NCBI GenBank assembly: GCA_023659865.1
Contig: JAGXON010000005.1
Coordinates: forward strand, 1-64,000
Direction: 5' to 3'
Length of the DNA: 64,000 nucleotides
Origin: Candidatus Diapherotrites archaeon LH_S9
GTDB lineage: Archaea > B1Sed10-29 > WALL01 > JAGXON01
Shown here: piece after piece, positions 21,496 through 29,184 of the stretch
Layout: each line of letters opens with the position of its first letter
How positions within the stretch are numbered: position 1 is the stretch's first letter
The notes under the pieces: generated by a model
What the model was told of the DNA's origin: nothing
The model's database searches: none
The model's input: only the letters and a program-made list of their open reading frames with translations
Position numbers and translations under genes: made by a program

Positions 21496-21942
21496 ATGAT
21501 AGAAAAAGCTCTAGACCTCGTTCTCCTCACCTTAATCCCCTGGATAGAATTAAGAGGAAGCATACCATACGGCATAAGCCACGGGCTAGACCCTTTCACC
21601 ACCTTCTTTCTCTGCGTTGCAGTCAACATCGCCATAATACCTCTTATATTTCTTTTCCTGAAACACATCTTCCCCTTTTTCGAGCACTGGAAGATATCTC
21701 AACACGTGCTGAAGAGAACAAGAAAAAAATCTAAAAAATACGTCAAAAAATACGGTTACCTGGGTCTAACTTTGTTCGTGGCCGTGCCCCTCCCAGGTTC
21801 AGGAGTTTACTCCGGGTCCATAGCCACCTACGTCTTTGATATCCCAAGAAAAAAAGCTCTTTCAGCCATAGCTACTGGAACAGTTATAGCAGGAGTGATC
21901 GTAGCGCTTGGATCTATCGGAATCTTTTCAGTAATACTGTGA
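21496..21942 (+). CDS. small membrane protein (COG2426 / Sm_multidrug_ex-like), co-oriented 8 nt after the SPFH gene
   Basis: 148 aa with 4 TM helices; motifs ELRGSIPYG and VPLPGSGVYSGS resemble that family. Confidence 0.4.
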   Translation: MIEKALDLVLLTLIPWIELRGSIPYGISHGLDPFTTFFLCVAVNIAIIPLIFLFLKHIFPFFEHWKISQHVLKRTRKKSKKYVKKYGYLGLTLFVAVPLPGSGVYSGSIATYVFDIPRKKALSAIATGTVIAGVIVALGSIGIFSVIL

Positions 21943-21976
21943 AAATTTTATAAACACTCCAGGACTTAATCCATCG

Positions 21977-22345
21977 ATGCCCATAACAATTCTCAATCTC
22001 GCAACCGCGTTCCTCACGAGAGTAGCCGCACTTTACCTCGTTCTTACAAAGACAAAGTACTGGGAGGTAAACGCAAGAAAACTACTTCTTCTCGCAATGT
22101 TCTCAACATTCCTCGGATTAATCGCTCCTTCAGGAGCAGCAATGACACTAGCTTCAATATCAGGAATAATATTCAGAATCACCCTATTCACTGCCATAAT
22201 ATTCATTTTAACCGGACTTAATATCTCCGAATCGTTTTCAGCAGTTATAATGGCTGCCATAATCGAGTTTGTCATGCTAATGGCCTTATCAATATCGCCA
22301 GCAGCTTTCCTGGTGCAAGGAATGAGTCCGTTCACAATTCCATAG
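21977..22345 (+). CDS. hypothetical membrane protein
   Basis: 122-aa, 4-TM ORF. Confidence 0.3.
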   Translation: MPITILNLATAFLTRVAALYLVLTKTKYWEVNARKLLLLAMFSTFLGLIAPSGAAMTLASISGIIFRITLFTAIIFILTGLNISESFSAVIMAAIIEFVMLMALSISPAAFLVQGMSPFTIP

Positions 22346-22376
22346 AAATTTAAAGAAAAAAAGAGTTTGATAAACT

Positions 22377-22829
22377 ATGAGGAAAAGAAAAGAAAAAGGA
22401 GTAACTGCAATACAGTACCTCATTCTTATCGCTTTAGGATCAAGCATAGCACTGACAACAATCTTTGTTATAACAACTCCGTTCCAACAAGGAAAAAAAA
22501 GCATAAAAAAGCAGACAACCAAAGCCGCTTGCCAGATACAAACAGGAATAGACAAGTACGAAGCAGACAGAGAGTATAACGGTACAGAAGAAACTGCTCC
22601 AGCCAAATTAATTGACGAATCACCTGACGGAAACAAGATCTTTGAAAAAAATAGTACTGTCGGTTCACTTCCTGTAGGTGAACAAGAAGGTTGCGCATAC
22701 AACTCAACGCTCGAAGGTTCCTGCTTGCTTAACGGGTACAATATGTCTCTTGTTAACCATCCGTGTGATAACGAAGCCATTTACTTAGAAAAGCAAGATG
22801 AAACCTACTGGTTCAACTACACACTTTGA
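22377..22829 (+). CDS. class III signal peptide (type IV pilin-like) protein
   Basis: N-terminus MRKRKEKG|VTAIQYLILIALGSSIAL ([KR]G followed by a hydrophobic stretch). Confidence 0.45.
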   Translation: MRKRKEKGVTAIQYLILIALGSSIALTTIFVITTPFQQGKKSIKKQTTKAACQIQTGIDKYEADREYNGTEETAPAKLIDESPDGNKIFEKNSTVGSLPVGEQEGCAYNSTLEGSCLLNGYNMSLVNHPCDNEAIYLEKQDETYWFNYTL

Positions 22830-22830
22830 G

Positions 22831-23631
22831 TTAGGATGCCTCGATGAACGCGCTAAGGAAAATGCAAACAAGGGAAAGAACGAAGAGAGCAATAACGTCC
22901 CTGAAAACGTTTTCTTTCTTACCTCCGTGCCCAACAGTGAAATAAGCAGACAATATCCCTCCAGACATGCCTGCAAGGAAATAACCCCCTATTTCAAATG
23001 CTCCGTGAGGAGTTAACTTAAGCATGAAAGTCATTAAAGCCATTAAATAACTTGTTATAGCGCCATGAGCTGAAGCCTGAGCCCTTGCCGTAACCCCTAT
23101 GAGAACTCCGATGATACTAGCGTTCCAACTGATTATGAAAACTGCTCCGGCGCCGAACAAGAAAGAAAAAAGCAAAGCGAACCCAACAACTGTAAGATTG
23201 TTTTGCGCAAGGCAAGTAAACCCACATGTTCCTGTAGCCCTGCCAGTGTAAGATCCTCTAATGGTCTTTACTTCAGCCACCTGGGAGCTGAATATGGTGT
23301 TAGAAACGTTTGGGGGTAACAAAAAGAAAAGCAGGGAGACAGCTACTACTACGCCAATAAAGTAGTACCCATATATCTCGATAATGTCTTTATGTCTCTG
23401 GAAAAAACTTTCTTTTTCTTCCTCGTCCTCTCTTTCCTCTATTCGAAGAACCCTTACCATTAGAGGAGCTGCTCCAATGCACATAAAAGCAATTGAAAGA
23501 AAACCTACATCCGAAACCCCTTTTATACCAACAGCGAGAGCAACACTGACTATGCAGATAGCTATCGCCAGAAAAAACATTTCGTAAGGTCTTTTCTTCG
23601 CTGTCAGAGGATCGAGGATAGATTCTAACAT
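22831..23631 (-). CDS. hypothetical polytopic membrane protein
   Basis: 266 aa with about 6 TM helices. Confidence 0.35.
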   Translation of the reverse strand: MLESILDPLTAKKRPYEMFFLAIAICIVSVALAVGIKGVSDVGFLSIAFMCIGAAPLMVRVLRIEEREDEEEKESFFQRHKDIIEIYGYYFIGVVVAVSLLFFLLPPNVSNTIFSSQVAEVKTIRGSYTGRATGTCGFTCLAQNNLTVVGFALLFSFLFGAGAVFIISWNASIIGVLIGVTARAQASAHGAITSYLMALMTFMLKLTPHGAFEIGGYFLAGMSGGILSAYFTVGHGGKKENVFRDVIALFVLSLVCIFLSAFIEAS

Positions 23632-23772
23632 CAGTTAAGATAGTGTTTCCACTTATATAAAAACTTCGGAATAGGAAGAGAGTGGACTTTCTATCCTGAA
23701 GAAATCCACGGTTACTTATTTATAAGGCAAGATGTAAAAAAATAAAAAAACTTTTTCTGGAAAAGTGATTTA

Positions 23773-24333
23773 ATGAAAAAAGAAGACGAGGTCCTGCCAG
23801 GAGACTATATAGCGCCAAAAGAAGCGTTTTTACCTGGATTCGGGACATATGAAAAGAAAGGCGAAGTAAGATCATGCAGCACAGGTAACGTGAAGAAAGA
23901 CATGAAGAGAAGAAAAGCCAAGGTGATGTGCAAGCCTCAGATACCTAAGATGCAGAGAAAAGGGTTGATAGTCGAAGGAGAAGTCGACAAAGTAACTGAT
24001 TCAGTTGCCTTCGTTGACTTGTTCACTGCTAGATCAAAATCTTTTAGATACGTCCCAAGAGACAATTCAACAGTTCTTAGAGTGAGAGACATAAGCGATA
24101 ACTACACTGAATCAGCGAGAGATGCAATGAGAGCTGGGGACATAGCAAGATTTAAAGTAGTGGACATAACCGGTGACTCAGTTGTCTTAGGAACAATAGG
24201 GAAAAAACTAGGGGTCATACAAGCATACTGCAGTAAATGCAGGCACCCACTCAAAAAAAAGAACGGTAAACTAGTATGCCCTCACTGTAAAAACAAGGAA
24301 GAAAGAAAAATCGCATCCGATTACGGAGAGTAG
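23773..24333 (+). CDS. csl4: exosome complex RNA-binding subunit Csl4
   Basis: S1-like central domain and C-terminal zinc ribbon CSKCRHPL...CPHCKNKE; followed by rpoL, as in the archaeal exosome neighbourhood. Confidence 0.6.
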   Translation: MKKEDEVLPGDYIAPKEAFLPGFGTYEKKGEVRSCSTGNVKKDMKRRKAKVMCKPQIPKMQRKGLIVEGEVDKVTDSVAFVDLFTARSKSFRYVPRDNSTVLRVRDISDNYTESARDAMRAGDIARFKVVDITGDSVVLGTIGKKLGVIQAYCSKCRHPLKKKNGKLVCPHCKNKEERKIASDYGE

Positions 24334-24339
24334 ATCTAC

Positions 24340-24603
24340 ATGAAAATTAAAGTAAAAAAAGAAAAAGACGATAAATTAATACTCGAAGTAGACGAAGAAA
24401 GACACACGATACCCTCATTAATCTGCTGGGCCTTACTAAAAGACAATGACGTCGAAGAAGCTTCCTACACCCTAGACCACCCGATAGTCGGAGAACCAGA
24501 GATCAGAATAAAGGGAAAGAACCCAAGAAAATCACTGGAAAAAGCAAGAAAAAGAATAGGAAAAGAACTGGACCCCCTGAAACTAGAGGAAACACATGGA
24601 TAA
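24340..24603 (+). CDS. rpoL: DNA-directed RNA polymerase subunit L (Rpb11-like)
   Basis: 87 aa; dimerisation-fold pattern (ERHTIPSLICWALLKDNDVEEASYTLDHPIV); position right after csl4. Confidence 0.5.
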   Translation: MKIKVKKEKDDKLILEVDEERHTIPSLICWALLKDNDVEEASYTLDHPIVGEPEIRIKGKNPRKSLEKARKRIGKELDPLKLEETHG

Positions 24604-25132
24604 GCCCAGAACAATAAGTTTCGATGACGGGAAATTCAGAAAAACACAGAAAGAAACAATAATAATCGGAGTAGTCACCAGAGGAGACGAGGAAGTAGAA
24701 AACATTGCCTCAAGCAAAGTAAAAATCGATGGAGACGACAGCACAGAAAAAATAATTGAAATGGTGAACAACTGCAAACAAAATCTTAAAGCCATCTTCC
24801 TTGACGGAATCGCAGTAGCAGGCCTAAACGTGATGGACATAGAAAGAATCCATGAGAAAACAGGAACTCCAACCATCATAATCTCGAAAGACGAGCCCAA
24901 CAAAGGATCAATGAAGAAAGCAATACAAAATGTTTCAAGCAAAGAAGAAAAAATAAGAAAACTCGAAGCATCAGGAGAACCAGCAAAAGTTGGAAACTCT
25001 TTCATCCAGTGCAGAGGAATGAAAAAAAGCCAGGTGAAAAAACTGTTGGACGAAACAAGCGGGAAAAATTCTCTGCCAAAAGGCTTGAGACTCGCTCACC
25101 TGATAGCTTCCGGAGTAAGCAAGAATGCTTGA
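24596..25132 (+). CDS. DUF99/UPF0215-family protein (EndoV-like fold, exosome-superoperon associated)
   Basis: IIGVVTRGDEEVEN...IFLDGIAVAGLNVMDIERI...PTIIIS matches my recollection of UPF0215 conserved blocks. Confidence 0.45.
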   Translation: MDKPRTISFDDGKFRKTQKETIIIGVVTRGDEEVENIASSKVKIDGDDSTEKIIEMVNNCKQNLKAIFLDGIAVAGLNVMDIERIHEKTGTPTIIISKDEPNKGSMKKAIQNVSSKEEKIRKLEASGEPAKVGNSFIQCRGMKKSQVKKLLDETSGKNSLPKGLRLAHLIASGVSKNA

Positions 25133-25838
25133 AAAAATAGATCCAGCGGAAGTAATAAAAGAAAAATACGATTTAGAGGGCTGGAAAGCTACTTTTGTAG
25201 ATTTTGCAGTAGCAGTGGTCGTTGCCGCGTTGATATACTTCGTTATAATGCCTTTCATCCTCGGAGCCAACCCTGCAGCAGTGGTCGTGAAAACCTGTTC
25301 CATGAAAGGAAGTCTTAACATTGGACATATCGTGGTTTTAAGAGGAGCTAGCTACAAATCAGTGAACGCTCCTGAAGTAGAAGCCCCGTTAAACTTCACT
25401 TACGAGAACAAAACGCTTTTTTTCAGTAACGGGAAAAAAGTTCCTGTGAACGAGAAAGGGGACGTGATTGTATTTGTTTCACAGCTCTCAGGAAGACAAT
25501 TAATCCATAGAGTAGTAGCAAAAGTAGATTCTACCGAAGGAGAATACTTCGTAACTAAAGGAGATGCAAACAAGTATCCGGACGCTTCGAAAAGAGTTTG
25601 TGAAGAAGTCACAGTTGTTGGAAACAGAAAAGAATGCACGAAGATAGGGACAAAAGGTGCTTGCAGTTATCCTGAAGATCAGGGAGAGCCAGGTTGCCTT
25701 GCAGCTCCGGTTCCGGCAAACAAAATAGTCGGGAAAAAATTCTTTTCAATCCCGCTCATAGGGCATATCACTTTAATACCTCGTTACGTAATAACTCTTG
25801 GACAAATGGGCTACTACCAAAACCAATTCTGGTGCTAG
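25125..25838 (+). CDS. signal peptidase I, Sec11/archaeal S26B type
   Basis: N-terminal TM; box B-like TCSMKGSL, box D GDVIVFVSQ...LIHRVVAKV, box E FVTKGDANKYPD; C-terminal extension. Confidence 0.7.
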   Translation: MLEKIDPAEVIKEKYDLEGWKATFVDFAVAVVVAALIYFVIMPFILGANPAAVVVKTCSMKGSLNIGHIVVLRGASYKSVNAPEVEAPLNFTYENKTLFFSNGKKVPVNEKGDVIVFVSQLSGRQLIHRVVAKVDSTEGEYFVTKGDANKYPDASKRVCEEVTVVGNRKECTKIGTKGACSYPEDQGEPGCLAAPVPANKIVGKKFFSIPLIGHITLIPRYVITLGQMGYYQNQFWC

Positions 25839-26220
25839 GGGTCAACTACCCCGCCCTAAAGGACGGGGCTTGTCCCGTAAGGGACAAGAGCAATTAGTTG
25901 ATCAGGAGGCATAAGAAAATGCAGAAGTTAGAAGGAAGAAATACATACGCACCCTTGGATGCTTCTCCAGTCCAAGGCGACTGCGACTCGCCATTAAACA
26001 GAGAGGAAACTCTCAGTGTGCCGAGCTCAAAAACTCCTTCTAACAACTCCGAGGAAAACCCACGCTCTGGCAAGAGCGAACAGGACTCGAGAGTACCTGT
26101 CTTAAACATGCACGGAAAACCACTTATGCCGACGAAACCACAGAAAGAATGGAGAAATAAAAGAGGTGAAAAGGCGATTCCCCTCCACCCTTACGGATGG
26201 GGTCTCCACGCCCGACTAAG
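25838..26220. ncRNA. candidate structured non-coding RNA of unknown identity
   Basis: About 380 bp with no convincing ORF in a genome where genes otherwise abut; locally GC-richer; Y-shaped structure at 25840-25902 (9-bp closing stem GGUCAACUA/UAGUUGAUC, hairpin CCCCG..CGGGG, perfect 8-bp hairpin CUUGUCCC-GUAA-GGGACAAG); further hairpins downstream (GAGAG-GAAA-CUCUC, CGCUC-UGGCAA-GAGCG). Confidence 0.25.
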
Positions 26221-26880
26221 ATGAAAGTAAAATACAATAAAGAAAACGACGTATTTTTCGTTAAAGGAGAAGAAATCTTCTGGTCAAGCCTATACATCCT
26301 AAGACAAGACGAAATAACCGAAGAAAAACTAAGAAAAAGGCTTGAAGTAAGCGAAGACGAGAAAGAAATACTGGAAGAAGAACTGAACGACCTGGAAGAA
26401 ATGGGACTGATAAAAAGAAAAAAAGGAGAAGTAAAACCCAACAAAAAAGGAGGAGAGGTTTACGAACTAGCTAAAGAAAAAGCGTCTTTCCAAGGATACA
26501 AACAAAAAGCAATAGAAGATATCGATAGAGTTAGAGAAGAAACAGAGAGCATATACAAGAAAGGAGAAACCATTTTCTGTGCTTACTGTGGAAAAAAATA
26601 CGATTCAGAAAAAAGTACTTGCCCGCACTGCGGTAGCCCGAATCCAAAACAAGAATTTCACTGGCTATCTTTATTCAAAAACACTTACATCGGAAGCCAA
26701 ATAACGGCCATAGTAGTGCTTCTAGCGCTTTATTTATGGTACCAGGATATAATGTTTCTGCAGGCCGTAATAGTTTCGCCGTTCTGGCTTTCAGGAAGCT
26801 TTTTAATCCTAGTTTCAGTGCTTTACTTGCTGCATGAACTAGGTCGACAAGTATGTGAACTACCACCGCCAAAATCATAG
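26221..26880 (+). CDS. hypothetical zinc-ribbon membrane protein (cytoplasmic coiled-coil/Zn-ribbon, two C-terminal TM helices)
   Basis: CAYCGKKYDSEKSTCPHCG zinc ribbon and C-terminal hydrophobic helices; last ~6 codons (…CELPPPKS*) are encoded by the hairpin repeat/IS end. Confidence 0.4.
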   Translation: MKVKYNKENDVFFVKGEEIFWSSLYILRQDEITEEKLRKRLEVSEDEKEILEEELNDLEEMGLIKRKKGEVKPNKKGGEVYELAKEKASFQGYKQKAIEDIDRVREETESIYKKGETIFCAYCGKKYDSEKSTCPHCGSPNPKQEFHWLSLFKNTYIGSQITAIVVLLALYLWYQDIMFLQAVIVSPFWLSGSFLILVSVLYLLHELGRQVCELPPPKS

Positions 26881-27266
26881 ATTTTGGAAGTGGCTTCCTG
26901 CGAGTGTTCGGACATTGGCTTGTGAGCATATTCCGAACCTGTTTGTCGCAGCAAACCTCTCACGAAGAGAGATTGCTCGTCCACAGAGCGTTCTTGCGAT
27001 AGGAAACGATTCATTATATTTACTGCAGAGTTTTTATCTCTGTCCATGTTGTTTCCACAATCGCAGTTGATAGTTCTCTCGTATAGTGATCTGTTCTCTT
27101 TCTTCCCGCATATACAGCACTCTTTCGTGGTGTTTTTTTCGCTGATTTCTATTACTTTTTTCCCTATCATCTCAGATTTGTAGGTTAGAAATTTAGCGAA
27201 TCTGCCGACCGTGCCGGTGTTCTGCAGGCTTCGGTTTAGTCCTTTGTTTCCTCCTTCTTGCGCCAT
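26823..27266 (-). pseudogene. tnpB: IS200/IS605-family TnpB (OrfB) fragment, C-terminal ~120 aa only
   Basis: RuvC-III and Zn-finger signature ...LTYKSEMIGKKVIEISEKNTTKECCICGKK...RSLYERTINCDCGNNMDRDKNSAVNIMNRF; no RuvC-I/II or N-terminal WED/REC part upstream, so N-terminally truncated. Confidence 0.75.
26851..26900. repeat. hairpin repeat copy A (GTGAACTACCACCGCCAAAATCATAGATTTTGGAAGTGGCTTCCTG)
   Basis: 14-bp imperfect stem CCACCGCCAAAATC/GATTTTGGAAGTGG with ATA loop; lies at the 3' end of the tnpB fragment, the expected position of an IS605 right-end hairpin. Confidence 0.6.
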
Positions 27267-27340
27267 TTATTGAAGTCGTAGTAACTTTTTGGTCTCAATG
27301 GCATACGATATATATACCCTAACTTTATATAAACATTGTG

Positions 27341-27400
27341 CTAATTCATCCACCACCAAAATCATAGATTTTGGAAGTGGACTTCTTGGCGAAAGGGTTA
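27341..27400. repeat. hairpin repeat copy B (...TCCACCACCAAAATCATAGATTTTGGAAGTGGACTTCTTGGCGAAAGGGTTAAAAAAAAG)
   Basis: Same palindrome as copy A, same orientation, 486 bp away on the other side of the tnpB fragment; 54 nt upstream of the pcna ATG. Confidence 0.6.
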
Positions 27401-27433
27401 AAAAAAAGAGGAACATAAAAGAAGGTGAGAAAA

Positions 27434-28180
27434 ATGTTTAAAGCATCAATTTCAAACGCGAAAGATTTCAGCAAAGCAATAGAATCCGTCTCCAATTTGA
27501 TAAATGAAGGCGAATTCCACGCTAATGAAGCTGCACTCCAGTTAAGAACAATGGACCCGTCTCAGATAGCAATGGTTAGCTTCAGTATGCCAAAAGAAAG
27601 TTTCAAAGAATACGAAGCCGACGGAGAAAAAATCGGAGTAAATTTCAGGAGCTTGACCGACGTACTGAAAAGAGCTCGAGCAGACGAAAGCCTTGAAATA
27701 AATCTGGAGGAAGGGAAGACGAGAATGGTGCTCAGATTCAAGGGAGCATCAGAAAGAAAGTTCGTGATTCCTTTACTGGATCTTAGAGAAGGTTCCACGA
27801 ACCCGCCTGAAATAGATTTTGCAGGAAAAATCAGGATAAATGGATCCTACCTGAAGGAAAGTCTTAAAGACGCTGAATTAATCAGTTCCCACGTAGTACT
27901 TGACGCTTCTCCAGAAAAGTTCTCGATAAGCGCTGAAGGAGACAGAGGGGAAGTAAAAATAAACACAGAAGAGAGCAGTGACGCAGTAGTTGAACTTAAT
28001 TTCAGCGAAGAAGCAAAATCAATGTTTCCATTAGAGTACTTGAACGATATACTGAAAAACGTGAGTAGCAGAACAGACGTTAATCTGGAAATGAAGACAG
28101 ATGCACCGCTGAAAATAGATTATGATATAGGAAAAACTAACTTAACTTATTTCCTAGCACCAAGGATAGAGACCGAGTGA
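27434..28180 (+). CDS. pcn: DNA polymerase sliding clamp (PCNA)
   Basis: Length and pattern of archaeal PCNA (MFKASISNAKDFSKAIESVSNLINEGEF...LQLRTMDPSQIAMVSF...); start moved to ATG 27434, preceded by GGTGA. Confidence 0.8.
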   Translation: MFKASISNAKDFSKAIESVSNLINEGEFHANEAALQLRTMDPSQIAMVSFSMPKESFKEYEADGEKIGVNFRSLTDVLKRARADESLEINLEEGKTRMVLRFKGASERKFVIPLLDLREGSTNPPEIDFAGKIRINGSYLKESLKDAELISSHVVLDASPEKFSISAEGDRGEVKINTEESSDAVVELNFSEEAKSMFPLEYLNDILKNVSSRTDVNLEMKTDAPLKIDYDIGKTNLTYFLAPRIETE

Positions 28181-28181
28181 A

Positions 28182-28640
28182 TCAACTCAGTTTCTCTACC
28201 TTTATATCTCTCCAAGCTTTCTTTAAATCCAGGTTCCTTAGCTGACGCATTATCGCGTCAACAGCACCCTCCAACTCCTCTTTATCTAGATTGCAGTTTC
28301 TCTTAACGTGCTCTCTGGTTTCTGAGTAGTCATCGAACTTTTTGTTAAGCTCTTTCCATCTGAATCCCTTCATCGCTTCAGCTACTTTTTCATCGTAGCG
28401 CACGTCACCTTTCTTCATCAGAAAAGCAATTATAGGATATCCCATGTATCCTTGCCATCGAGAAGCGTTATCGTTAGAGAATATAGCGTTTCTTTTCTCT
28501 TCCTGAATTACTGTGTATCTCTTAGTTTTCATGGAACTGGTTACTTTCCCTTTATGCTCATCAACTTCCACTCTTCCGTCAGCAACTGCTCCAAGAGCTT
28601 CAAGAACCTTTATTCTCGGAGGCATTTCCCATTTTGACAT
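28182..28640 (-). CDS. hypothetical protein (start trimmed to the internal Met to avoid 86-nt overlap with the upstream gene)
   Basis: ORF 28182..28763 overlaps the PfpI gene; Met at 28640 gives a 153-aa product; no motif recognised. Confidence 0.3.
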   Translation of the reverse strand: MSKWEMPPRIKVLEALGAVADGRVEVDEHKGKVTSSMKTKRYTVIQEEKRNAIFSNDNASRWQGYMGYPIIAFLMKKGDVRYDEKVAEAMKGFRWKELNKKFDDYSETREHVKRNCNLDKEELEGAVDAIMRQLRNLDLKKAWRDIKVEKLS

Positions 28641-28677
28641 ACAGTAAAACAAAAGAGTTCCTTGAATTAAATGGTTT

Positions 28678-29184
28678 CTATTGCTCCCTAATTTTTTTGA
28701 GGATGGCCTGAGAAAAATCCGAGATGTCTTTTGGAACCCTTGACGTAATGATGTTTCCGTCAACCACTACTGAAGAATTCTCGTAATCCACTCCTTGTTT
28801 TTCTAGCTCATCTTTTAGCCCAGAGTAACAGGTCAACTTCCTTCCTTCCACTATACCTGCAGCGGCAAGAAGTTGCGGACCGTGGCAGATTGCCGCTATC
28901 GGTTTTCTTTTTTTGTGAAAAGCTTTCACTAGCTGCACAGCCTCAGGAACTTCTACCAACTTTTTGGGGGAGCTTCCGCCCGGGATTATCAATGCATCAA
29001 AATCCTCGGAACTTACTTCCGAGATTTTCTCGTCTGCCTGGACTCTGTTTCCGTGCTTCCCGATCCGGCTTTCCCCATCCGGAGTTGCAAGAACAACTTC
29101 CACTCCCTTCTTTTCCAGAATGTATCGAGTGTCTATGAGCTCGGAGTCCTCGAACCTGTTCCCTGTGATTATCAGTGCTTTCAT
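28678..29184 (-). CDS. DJ-1/PfpI-family intracellular protease/deglycase
   Basis: Nucleophile elbow AICHGPQLL plus downstream His; 168 aa. Confidence 0.8.
   Translation of the reverse strand: MKALIITGNRFEDSELIDTRYILEKKGVEVVLATPDGESRIGKHGNRVQADEKISEVSSEDFDALIIPGGSSPKKLVEVPEAVQLVKAFHKKRKPIAAICHGPQLLAAAGIVEGRKLTCYSGLKDELEKQGVDYENSSVVVDGNIITSRVPKDISDFSQAILKKIREQ

Noticed and set aside
25990-26110. RNase P RNA assignment for the candidate ncRNA (CR-I-like GAGGAAACUCUC and CR-V-like ACAGGACUCGAGAGUAC with P4-like complementarity)
   Set aside because: The two strands also form a simple local hairpin (GAGAG-GAAA-CUCUC), the spacing between them is far too short, and a GGUGAAA block occurs after rather than before the CR-V-like string. 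Not enough to call RNase P RNA.
25898-26224. 108-aa plus-strand ORF (MIRRHKKMQKLEGRNTYAPLDASPVQGDCDSPLNREETLSV…) spanning the ORF-free interval
   Set aside because: Pro/Ser/Arg/Lys-rich, with no hydrophobic core or motif. Its composition does not match neighbouring proteins. The interval is better explained by a structured RNA or UTR.
28641-28763. 5' extension of ORF 28182..28763
   Set aside because: It would overlap the upstream PfpI gene by 86 nt. The internal Met at 28640 gives a cleaner start.
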